64,000 bases of DNA, taken from positions 227,795 to 291,794 of the forward strand of contig DATKZF010000003.1 of NCBI GenBank assembly GCA_035528115.1, given 5' to 3'. Origin of the DNA: Candidatus Bipolaricaulota bacterium (GTDB lineage Bacteria; Patescibacteriota; Patescibacteriia; UBA11705; DATKZF01). The first letter of the stretch is position 1; every line of letters starts with the position of its first letter. A program made the position numbers and the translations under genes. Below the pieces are notes generated by a model. It did not search any database. It worked only from the letters and a program-made list of their open reading frames with translations, and was not told where the DNA came from. Positions 21,522 to 29,428 of the stretch are shown here, one piece after another.

Positions 21522-21579
21522 GTTTTACTTTTAAAACAAAAAAACCGCCGTAAAAGGCGATGATTTTTAAATCTTTTTT

Positions 21580-21666
21580 TGGTGCCGGAGAGAGGACTCG
21601 AACCTCCATGGACTTGCGCCCACAGCGACCTGAACGCTGCGTGTATACCAATTTCACCACTCCGGC
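21580..21666 (-). tRNA. tRNA-Leu(CAG)
   Basis: GCCGGAG...CAGCG-TTCAGGT-CGCTG, long variable arm, GGTTCGAGTCC, encoded CCA. Confidence 0.95.
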
Positions 21667-21818
21667 CTACGCTTTCGCGCTGCTCAAGCTTCGGCCGGTC
21701 TTCGACTCCGAGGGCGACAATTTCGTCGCTCAGACTCGAGGAGCAGGCCGACTAAAGCTTGAAAAATTATTATAACAATCCTGTCTTCGATCCCCAAAAT
21801 GTCTAACAAGCGAAATGG

Positions 21819-21867
21819 CCTGCCATCCGAAGCTCCAACGAGCGGAGCGAGGAGGAGCGAAGGATGG
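21819..21867 (+). mobile_element. CCTG-footed hairpin element at the tRNA-Ala 3' end
   Basis: CCTG-CCATCC-GAAGCT...AGCGAA-GGATGG; removal rejoins TGG(21816-18) to the tRNA. Confidence 0.6.
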
Positions 21868-21940
21868 TGGACTTGAGGGGATTCGGACCCCTGACCTCTG
21901 CGATGCGAACGCAGCGCTCTACCAACTGAGCTACAAGCCC
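21865..21940 (-). tRNA. tRNA-Ala(CGC)
   Basis: GGGCTTG acceptor with G3:U70, CTGCG-TTCGCAT-CGCAG, encoded CCA; T-loop reads TCCGAAT. Confidence 0.9.
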
Positions 21941-21956
21941 GAAATAATAAACCTCG

Positions 21957-22047
21957 CAACTGCCTGCCCGCCAAAACTTCAAATAAGCCTACAAGTGGCG
22001 GGCCTGCCCGCCGAAGCTCGAAGAGCGTAGGCGGGAGCTACAAGCCC
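21957..22047. mobile_element. Duplicated 18-nt tRNA-Ala 5' fragment interrupted by two tandem CCTG-hairpin elements
   Basis: caactg [cctgcccgcca...tggcggg][cctgcccgccgaagctcgaagagcgtaggcggg] agctacaagccc; joined flanks equal 21923-21940. Confidence 0.7.
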
Positions 22048-22051
22048 TTGG

Positions 22052-22110
22052 GTCACATAGCACGTATCATGAAACATGAAACATGAAGCATGGGGCATGG
22101 GGCATTAAAC
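22052..22110. repeat. 7-bp periodic tract (CATGAAA/CATGGGG family)
   Basis: catgaaa catgaaa catgaag catgggg catgggg cattaaa. Confidence 0.75.
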
Positions 22111-22158
22111 AACATGCCGACTCATTATAGCCGATTTTTAAAATTTTTCCAAGGGGTT

Positions 22159-22626
22159 CTAATTCAACCGCCAAATTTGATAAGCCAAGTAAGTGGCGAA
22201 CGATACCCAAATAAAATAAGGTATAAGAAGCGCTGAGACTATTTTGAATTTTTTCCAAAAAATGATGATCAAGGCCAAAGTGGTCAAATTCAAAACAAGC
22301 ATCTCAATAATGGACCAGCCGATTTGATGCCAAGTAAAAAAAATCAAAGTCCAAGCCGCGTTCAAAATCGCGTTTGAAGAAAACAGCGCCAATATTTTAA
22401 ACGGAATTTTTTTTACATAAACTTTATTCCAAACCAGCAAAGCGGAAGCTGTTCCCAAAACATAAATAATCGTCCAAGCCGCGCCGATCAAAGATCCGGC
22501 CGGCGCGATTTTCGGCAAAGTCAAAGAATCATACCAATTCATTCCTTGGCCGGTAAAAAAAGAACCGAGCAAAGCCGCGGCCAAAACAACCAGCGGGATC
22601 GCGAGGTAATTAACTTTTATTTTCAT
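22159..22626 (-). CDS. tspO: TspO/MBR family membrane protein
   Basis: WY..L..P...P, WT.IY, LN..WT.IFF, LLIPY..WVSFATYL. Confidence 0.9.
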   Translation of the reverse strand: MKIKVNYLAIPLVVLAAALLGSFFTGQGMNWYDSLTLPKIAPAGSLIGAAWTIIYVLGTASALLVWNKVYVKKIPFKILALFSSNAILNAAWTLIFFTWHQIGWSIIEMLVLNLTTLALIIIFWKKFKIVSALLIPYFIWVSFATYLAYQIWRLN

Positions 22627-23224
22627 AAAGATTCTTCAGTTTGATGAATTGCTTTAATTTTTTCACGGCCAAACCGCGATGACTCAAAGCGTTTTTTTCT
22701 TCATCCGTCATTTCCGCGAAAGTCGTTTCATAATCCGCGGGCGCGAAAATCAAATCATACGGCAAGCCCGGCCTTGGATCGCCTTTCGCCTGCTCAACGA
22801 TCTCGCCATCCACTCGGCCATCAAATGTCCATTCCTGGCCGTCCGAAGAAACCAAAGCAACCACGCATTCGAAATGAGCCGAGCGCTCCCCGACCGGAAC
22901 ATTGATCAATTGATTGAGCGCGTATTCGAATAAGCGATCGTGAGGAGTTTCTCCGTCTCCCCAACGCGCGGAATGAATGCCCGGCTGGCCATTGAGCGCG
23001 TCAATGCATAACCCGGAATCGTCGCCGATCGCCCACTCGCCCGTTTTTTCCGCGGCGAATCGAGCTTTTTTTAACGCATTTTCAGCGAATGTTTTGCCGT
23101 CTTCGACAATATCTTCACTAACCCCGGCGTCAGTCAAACTGACGATTTCCAAATTGGGATCATTAATCATCTCATTGAATTCTTTGACTTTGCCCGCGTT
23201 TTTCGTAGCGAAAATCAATTTCAT
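22610..23224 (-). CDS. rdgB: Non-canonical purine NTP pyrophosphatase (RdgB/HAM1)
   Basis: ATKNAGKVKE, DDSGL, EKNALSHRG. Confidence 0.93.
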   Translation of the reverse strand: MKLIFATKNAGKVKEFNEMINDPNLEIVSLTDAGVSEDIVEDGKTFAENALKKARFAAEKTGEWAIGDDSGLCIDALNGQPGIHSARWGDGETPHDRLFEYALNQLINVPVGERSAHFECVVALVSSDGQEWTFDGRVDGEIVEQAKGDPRPGLPYDLIFAPADYETTFAEMTDEEKNALSHRGLAVKKLKQFIKLKNLYENKS

Positions 23225-23235
23225 ATTTTTTTTAT

Positions 23236-24429
23236 TTATTTTCCGACATAATCGATTCTGTAAATAACTCCGGCTTTGTCATCGGAAACGAACATGGCGC
23301 CCAAATTGTGAATGGCAATATCAACCGGCCGACCCAAAGCTTCATCGCCGGTCAACCAGCCGGTGATAAAATCTTCTGTTTCCAAATAATTTCCTTCAGC
23401 GTCGAATTTGACCCTGACGATTTTATAGCCGGTCGGCACTGTGCGATTCCACGACCCGTGGTAAGCGACCAACAAATCATTTTCATATTCCTTTGGCCAG
23501 GACGCGGTGGGCACAAATGATATGCCAAGCGGCGCCGAATGAGCAGGAATTTCCACGACAGGACTTTGAGTCGAAGCGCAAAAAGATTTTTTGGCGCCGG
23601 TCTCGTCAAAATTCGCGTCATTTACTTTATCGCCGTAACAATACGGCCAACCGTAATTTTTACCCTGAACTATTTCATTGATTTCATCCGGCGGCAATTC
23701 ATCGCCCAAGTTATCGCGACCCATTTCCGTGGCGAATAATTTTCCGGTCAACGGACTGATGGCCATAAAGACCGAATTTCTCAAACCGGAAGCGTAGGGT
23801 CTCAAATTCGAGCCGTCCGCATCGACAATCAAAATCGAGGCTCGGCGCCAATCGTCTTCCACGCAAGTGTCGCAAGAAGAACCGACCGAAATCAATAACT
23901 TGTCTTTATTCAAAAATTTAAGAGTGCGCGTCCAATGCTCGCCGTCGCCGGGCAAATCGATCAATTTTTCTTGATTGGTCGCGGTCATGGTGTCCGAATC
24001 ATAATCGAAAACGGAAACCTTGTCCGTCTCGGCCACATAAAGCCGACAATCGTTGACGCATCTTATGGCCAAGCCGTGCGGCTGATTCAAATTCTCGGCC
24101 ACCACAATCTGCTCATCAGCTTTTCTGTCCCCATCTTTGTCCGGCAGAGCTACCACTTTGCCTTCTTGCGGCAAACTGACCAACACATTGCTTTTCATGT
24201 CAAAAAGAATGACTCTCGGCTGATTCAAATCCTTGGCGAACACGGTGATGCTAAAACCATCTGGCACGCTGAGCGGCAAGTCGGTGTCATTGGCGGCAAT
24301 ATCATACGGAGCGTCAAGAAACGCCGGAGCGAGCCCGCGATAATATTTGCGGTACACAAACCCGACCGCGATCAGCGCCAAAACCGCTATTGCGGCGATA
24401 ATTATCAAAACCAAATTTTTTCTCTTCAT
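23236..24429 (-). CDS. Glucose/sorbosone dehydrogenase family beta-propeller, membrane-anchored
   Basis: GLRNSV, GRDNLGDELPPDEIN, YGWPY, HGSWNR, GRPVD. Confidence 0.88.
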   Translation of the reverse strand: MKRKNLVLIIIAAIAVLALIAVGFVYRKYYRGLAPAFLDAPYDIAANDTDLPLSVPDGFSITVFAKDLNQPRVILFDMKSNVLVSLPQEGKVVALPDKDGDRKADEQIVVAENLNQPHGLAIRCVNDCRLYVAETDKVSVFDYDSDTMTATNQEKLIDLPGDGEHWTRTLKFLNKDKLLISVGSSCDTCVEDDWRRASILIVDADGSNLRPYASGLRNSVFMAISPLTGKLFATEMGRDNLGDELPPDEINEIVQGKNYGWPYCYGDKVNDANFDETGAKKSFCASTQSPVVEIPAHSAPLGISFVPTASWPKEYENDLLVAYHGSWNRTVPTGYKIVRVKFDAEGNYLETEDFITGWLTGDEALGRPVDIAIHNLGAMFVSDDKAGVIYRIDYVGK

Positions 24430-24533
24430 AAAAAAATTAAATTAATTCATCTATCTATCATTCTTCCATTTTTTGGGTGGATTTGTCAAAAATCAAAAGA
24501 GTCGGCCACCAGCCAAACTCTTTTGATGAGGAT

Positions 24534-24743
24534 TTACTTTTTCGCGAATTTCGGAGAAACAAAGATTAAATACAACGCGGCCAAACCGACCAGAACATAG
24601 ACGAGTCTCGCGATCGTGCTTCCCGCTCCGCCAAAAATCCAGGCCACGAGATCGAACTTAAAAATGCCCACCAAACCCCAATTCAGACCGCCGATAATCG
24701 CAAAAACCATGGCGACCCAATCGAGCGTGCTTAATTTTTTCAT
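24534..24743 (-). CDS. DUF378 small membrane protein
   Basis: IIGGLNWGLVGIF.FDLV..IFG, R.VY.LVGLAALY. Confidence 0.88.
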   Translation of the reverse strand: MKKLSTLDWVAMVFAIIGGLNWGLVGIFKFDLVAWIFGGAGSTIARLVYVLVGLAALYLIFVSPKFAKK

Positions 24744-24807
24744 ACGATTTTGCCCATTAATATTTTAAGCCTATATATAGTATAGCACAAAACAGGCTTT
24801 ATTCAAT

Positions 24808-24836
24808 TTGACATTGTTCGATTCAGAAAATAAAAT
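24808..24836 (+). promoter_or_regulatory. Sigma70 promoter for 24866 ORF
   Basis: TTGACA-17 nt-TAAAAT. Confidence 0.7.
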
Positions 24837-24865
24837 GGAAACGACTCAAACCAGGAAGGTGTGCC

Positions 24866-25072
24866 ATGGAATTCTCCTGTAAAGACTGCCGAAATGAGGA
24901 CGACTCCCGTCAAATACGCGCCCGCGCAATGAAAGGAGTTTTACCTGCGGAGGAAAGAGACGCCATCAACAATCATGTGGGAAAATGCACCTCGCCGGCC
25001 TGCGTCAGGCTCAAGAAATCGCTCGAGCTCATTGCCACCGCCATCATCAGACCCGGAGAGGCCTCCCCATGA
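24866..25072 (+). CDS. Small Cys/His protein resembling a zf-HC2 (anti-sigma zinc finger) domain
   Basis: CKDC...GVL..EE...I..HVGKCTSPAC; own promoter and AGGAAGG SD. Confidence 0.6.
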   Translation: MEFSCKDCRNEDDSRQIRARAMKGVLPAEERDAINNHVGKCTSPACVRLKKSLELIATAIIRPGEASP

Positions 25073-25104
25073 AGACCGCTTTGTCCTCGAACATCGCGGC
25101 CTTT

Positions 25105-25539
25105 TTAATTTCTCGAATATTTACCCATCAGTTCAGCTTGAGCGAGGATATGTCCTTTCATGGCCGAGTCAAGTTTAGAAATATCCGCTCCCCCGTCCAA
25201 GGTCAATTCAATGTCCAGAGCGAACAATTTGAAAAAATAACGATGCTCGCCCGACCCGGGGCACGGTCCGCCATAGCCGACCCGGCCGAAGCTGGTGACG
25301 CCTTCCACTCCGGGATCGGAATTTTCTTCGATTTTTAAAATTTTAGAATCAATGTTCCAGACAGTCCAATGCGTCCACGTTACTCTCGGAGAATCAGGAT
25401 CATCGCAAATTAAGACCAAACTTTTCGCGTTTTCCGGAACGTCCGAAATCATCAGCGGCGGATTGATATTTTCTCCGTCGCAAGTGTATTTGACCGGAAT
25501 GGCTCGGCCGGAAGTAAATTCCGGAGATTGAATTTTCAT
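25105..25539 (-). CDS. YbhB/YbcL (PEBP) family protein
   Basis: YTCDG.N.NPPL, DDPDSP, HW.VWNI, YGGPCP..GEHRYFF. Confidence 0.92.
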   Translation of the reverse strand: MKIQSPEFTSGRAIPVKYTCDGENINPPLMISDVPENAKSLVLICDDPDSPRVTWTHWTVWNIDSKILKIEENSDPGVEGVTSFGRVGYGGPCPGSGEHRYFFKLFALDIELTLDGGADISKLDSAMKGHILAQAELMGKYSRN

Positions 25540-25655
25540 ATTTTTGATGAATTATTCATTATTTTTTAATAATTTTCACACTGAGCACTTGACAAATCAC
25601 TAAAATATTAGTAAGTTTTAATGACCTGAAAAAACGCAAACACAGGAGGAACGCG

Positions 25656-26261
25656 GTGAAAAATATCACATTGACACTGGCGGCAATGGTCGTTCTTTTC
25701 CAGAGTCTGCCCGCCCGGGCCGAGGTCAGCTGGCAGGATGGCGCCCGAGTGAGACTGCTCCTACATGGAGGCAAGCAGCTGACGGAAAGTCTCAAAATCA
25801 AGGGGACGTTCATCCCCAGCGGCAACCTCGTCGGAGGATTATCGCCGCTGATGTACCTCGGGCTGAACATCAATCTGCCCAAGGGCTGGGCGATCGCGCC
25901 CACCGCTGGCTACTCGTTCGCGGCCGACGAAAATTCCCCGATCATCGCCGTGCAGATCAGCTTCGAAAACGACCTGGTGATGTCCTGGTCGGACGTCGAG
26001 TACTCGATGCTACCGCATCATTGTTTGTACTGGTTCAGTCAGCTCGAGGGCAAGGCCACGGACTGGCTGATGCTGGGCATCGAGGGCGAAGGTTGGGGCA
26101 GAATCGACAACATCAACTACCGCTCGGACGGTGGCGGGCTGAACATCTTGTTCGTCTTCAAAATGTTCGAGATTGACCTGGCCGTGCACGCTCGCACGCT
26201 GGCCGGAACTTCGGACACGGGCTTCGAGCTGGTGACGCGTGTCCACGCGTTCCTGTTCTGA
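25656..26261 (+). CDS. Secreted all-beta protein resembling a small outer-membrane beta-barrel
   Basis: Signal peptide ending ARA, alternating amphipathic strands, terminal Phe; TTGACA promoter near 25589, AGGAGG SD, GC-richer than neighbours. Confidence 0.6.
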   Translation: MKNITLTLAAMVVLFQSLPARAEVSWQDGARVRLLLHGGKQLTESLKIKGTFIPSGNLVGGLSPLMYLGLNINLPKGWAIAPTAGYSFAADENSPIIAVQISFENDLVMSWSDVEYSMLPHHCLYWFSQLEGKATDWLMLGIEGEGWGRIDNINYRSDGGGLNILFVFKMFEIDLAVHARTLAGTSDTGFELVTRVHAFLF

Positions 26262-26296
26262 CGGACACGACCGCTACAATTCAAAGGAGGTTTCCA

Positions 26297-26326
26297 TGCC
26301 CAGCGCATCGCGCCGGGCTTTTTTTA
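26297..26326 (+). terminator. Intrinsic terminator
   Basis: GCCC.GCGC...GCGC.GGGC followed by T-run. Confidence 0.55.
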
Positions 26327-26337
26327 TTTTTCTATAA

Positions 26338-27552
26338 TCAAACTTTTTCCAATTTTACACATGGTTGTTTAACTTTTCGCACTCTGAAAAATATTATTAC
26401 AAATAGGCCGATCGCAAAAGAAAAAACAAACGGATATTCGATATTTTCGCTGATCAACCAAGCGCCGATAAATAATAGAGGGATATCGAATACGCTCTTG
26501 ATGAAATTCGACAAGGATAGGGTTGTCGCTCTGTTAAACGCGCAACATTTTTTATTGTAAAATTCCGAATACAGCGGCCAGCGCATCACCTCGAACATAT
26601 CCATGACAAAAAACGTAATCAACATCACATAGCCGTTTCGTAAAAAAACCAATTCCAAAACCAATAGAGCGGCCGCGGCCACAAATCCAGCATTGATCAA
26701 ATTTATTCTGCGCGCCAATGACTTGTTTTTTAAAAATGAAGAAACGTATTGATTTAGAAAAAAAACGACCGCGTGAAATATTCCCCAACCGATTCCCAAG
26801 GTCAAAACAGATATGCCGATATTAACAAAAAACTCTTGATGAAATCGCCAAATGATAAATGAAGCGATAAAGATCAAAGTTTTGCTTAAAATCGCTTTCA
26901 TGAATTGCCAATCCGATCTGATCAATTTTACCGCGTCTTTCATCACCCCGGCCTCCATTTTTTCAACATCGACGTGATGGTTGGGCTCGACGAGTCTAAA
27001 GGCGAAAATCAAAGATGCGACCGAGGCGACAAATTCCAGCGCTATTAAAATATCAAATTGCCATTCCAATAAATCTTTGGCGACCAGCGCGCCGATCACG
27101 GGCATGAATATTTTAAATATTCGCTGACCGGAATAATATTTGCCCAGTTTTTCCAAACTGTTTCCTTCATTTCCCAATTCTTTATTGGTGTCATACAGCA
27201 GCGCTTCGTCAGTGCCGGTAAAACAAGCGAATGACAAAGATAAAAGTCCGGCCGCGACGATAAACCACAAAAAATCCGCGGCGAAAAGCATTATTATCCA
27301 TTGAAAACACGCCAACGCTACGCCCAGTATCATTGTTTTCTTTCTCCCCCAGCGGTCAGCCAAATAACTGGAAGGGACCTCGAACAGTAATCCGACAACT
27401 GCCCAAGCGATGGCCAAATAAAAAATTTCGGCCAATGTCAGTCCCCTGTGCAAATAAAACAAAGTCATGACCACGTTCATGACCTTGAAATTCAGGAACG
27501 CTTGGAGCCAAAACATTAACTTATAATTTTTCTTCAAATATTTCTTTATCAT
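26338..27552 (-). CDS. MFS transporter
   Basis: FEVPSSYLADRWGRKKT motif A, GTDEALLYD, about 12 TM. Confidence 0.9.
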   Translation of the reverse strand: MIKKYLKKNYKLMFWLQAFLNFKVMNVVMTLFYLHRGLTLAEIFYLAIAWAVVGLLFEVPSSYLADRWGRKKTMILGVALACFQWIIMLFAADFLWFIVAAGLLSLSFACFTGTDEALLYDTNKELGNEGNSLEKLGKYYSGQRIFKIFMPVIGALVAKDLLEWQFDILIALEFVASVASLIFAFRLVEPNHHVDVEKMEAGVMKDAVKLIRSDWQFMKAILSKTLIFIASFIIWRFHQEFFVNIGISVLTLGIGWGIFHAVVFFLNQYVSSFLKNKSLARRINLINAGFVAAAALLVLELVFLRNGYVMLITFFVMDMFEVMRWPLYSEFYNKKCCAFNRATTLSLSNFIKSVFDIPLLFIGAWLISENIEYPFVFSFAIGLFVIIFFRVRKVKQPCVKLEKV

Positions 27553-27577
27553 GAAAAAACGTTATCAACTTTTGCGA

Positions 27578-28624
27578 CTATAGATGATTTTCAAATTTCT
27601 CCGCCAAATAATCGAACAACCTTTGATGAAGCGAAAGCAAATACTCGAAATATTTTCTATTTTCTTTTTCCCCGTAAAAATCTCCGGCGCCAAGGTCAAC
27701 CAAAATCGAACCCATGGTTCTTTCCAATAAAAGCAAATGAATTTTCTTGTCAAAATCCGGATCGAGTTTGACCACCGGAATTTGGCGGTAAACATCCAGC
27801 CATTTATTCACGTATTCAATCATTTCTTCGAAAGTATAACCAACGTCTCTGATATGAAGCAGGCACGCCCAGATATTAAACGCCAGATCATACCACTGCG
27901 GCCGATATGACCAAAATAAATTCGACAAAATAACATATTGGCCGCTTGGCATTTTATAAACATCGTCAGCGGTCAGGTGGCCGTGAGAAAATACCATGGC
28001 AAAATCAGCAAAATGCTTTTTTACAATTTCCAAATACTTTTCCAAATACTTTTCCAAATACGGCTCGTAATCTTCTTTCTTCAATCGGCCGACGGATTCT
28101 GAAATCTTTTGCCAATTTTCAGCGCGATCAAGCGAGAATTTTACTACGTCAAGATTCTCCGGCTCGAGCCAAGGCTTGGTTAAGGCGGAAGTTCTGTACT
28201 CTTGATAAAATTCCGCAAAATCATTCATTTCCTCGTCGTTGGCAAAAGGCATTTCAAAAATTTTCAACGCGTCAATATATTCGGTGATCAAATAACCGTA
28301 GCCTTTTTTTTCATCAAAAAATTCATAAGCGAAAAGCTCGGGCAAGCGGACTTTCTGGCTGCCATTTTGCTCGCTGAACTTTTCCAAAATCTTTGCTTCA
28401 TCAACTTCCGGTTTTAATCCCTGCAATTTCAAAACCGCGGGCTTGCCTTGGTATTCGCCTTTGTAAATCAAACTGCCGACTTTATTTTTTTGATAAATAA
28501 CGCCGCGAAAAATTTCTTTTTCAAGCTCAAAACCGGTTTTTGCCAGCACTTCGGCCAAAACTTCTTCTTCCCTGTCAGCGAAATTGGCTTGGCTGAAGTA
28601 TTTTTCCGTTATTTTATTGGACAT
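27578..28624 (-). CDS. APH/choline-kinase-like protein with altered catalytic motifs
   Basis: AVLK, YLITEYI, HGHLTADD, YDLA. Confidence 0.65.
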   Translation of the reverse strand: MSNKITEKYFSQANFADREEEVLAEVLAKTGFELEKEIFRGVIYQKNKVGSLIYKGEYQGKPAVLKLQGLKPEVDEAKILEKFSEQNGSQKVRLPELFAYEFFDEKKGYGYLITEYIDALKIFEMPFANDEEMNDFAEFYQEYRTSALTKPWLEPENLDVVKFSLDRAENWQKISESVGRLKKEDYEPYLEKYLEKYLEIVKKHFADFAMVFSHGHLTADDVYKMPSGQYVILSNLFWSYRPQWYDLAFNIWACLLHIRDVGYTFEEMIEYVNKWLDVYRQIPVVKLDPDFDKKIHLLLLERTMGSILVDLGAGDFYGEKENRKYFEYLLSLHQRLFDYLAEKFENHL

Positions 28625-28669
28625 AATGTTAACTACATTATAAAAAGCCCGCCATATTATAGCAAGCTT

Positions 28670-29194
28670 TCAGCTTTCCTCCATGATTTTTCTCCTCCTG
28701 GCCAGCATTGCCTCACGAACGGCCGGAACATGCAGACCGATGACATCAAGCGGCGTGGCGAGCAAGGTCTGCTTGAACCATTCGATCACTTTGCCGCTCA
28801 TGTCATAGGTGATGACCAGCGGCCACTTGCCCAAAATCAGCCGAGCCAGAACGCGGACCTTCATGGCCCGCGCCGCGTCGCAAAAGATGATGATCCGGTC
28901 TGGCCGCAACCTCTTTTCCGCCATGACTTTTCGCGCGCCATGGAGATTCTCGGCCGTGGTCCTGGCGGATTCGTCCAAATGGATGGGCTGAAATACTTTT
29001 TGCGACCGCAAGTACTCGGCTATCACACTCGCCTCGCTTTTGCCCGGCGCCGACCTTTTGTTCGTGAACCCGCCGCTGCAGATAATCGCGGCCAGCGAAT
29101 TATACCTGGCGAAGTTCGCCACCATATCCAAGTAGCGTTTCAAATCGTCGCTCAAATGACAGCCATAGCCCATGACAATGGCGATTGACTTCAT
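28670..29194 (-). CDS. YdcF/DUF218 family protein
   Basis: IVMG, IICSGG, SEA, DE.ARTT.EN; own promoter (TTGACA-17-TACGAT) and AAAGGAG SD. Confidence 0.8.
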   Translation of the reverse strand: MKSIAIVMGYGCHLSDDLKRYLDMVANFARYNSLAAIICSGGFTNKRSAPGKSEASVIAEYLRSQKVFQPIHLDESARTTAENLHGARKVMAEKRLRPDRIIIFCDAARAMKVRVLARLILGKWPLVITYDMSGKVIEWFKQTLLATPLDVIGLHVPAVREAMLARRRKIMEES

Positions 29195-29274
29195 CGGTCT
29201 TCTCCTTTCGACGGTTGACGATACTATATCGTAATGAATAAAAAAATCGCTGTCAAACGACCGGCGATTTTTTT

Positions 29275-29428
29275 ATTATGTGCTACGTGTTACGAATTAC
29301 AATCGACTACTTAGCTTTCAAGCGATTGTTACGAATTACAAGATCCTTAGGCTTAAAGCTGTAAATGAATGTAATTTGTAACAATGCTCCATGATACGTG
29401 ACCCATGATACGTGATACGTGTTACACG
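29275..29428. repeat. 7-bp periodic tracts (CGTGATA/TACGAAT families)
   Basis: tgtgcta cgtgtta cgaatta ... catgata cgtgacc catgata cgtgata cgtgtta. Confidence 0.7.

Noticed and set aside
21957-22047. Possible mini CRISPR array (CCTGCCCGCC repeats with different inserts)
   Set aside because: Only two units, each closing its own hairpin; no cas genes or leader
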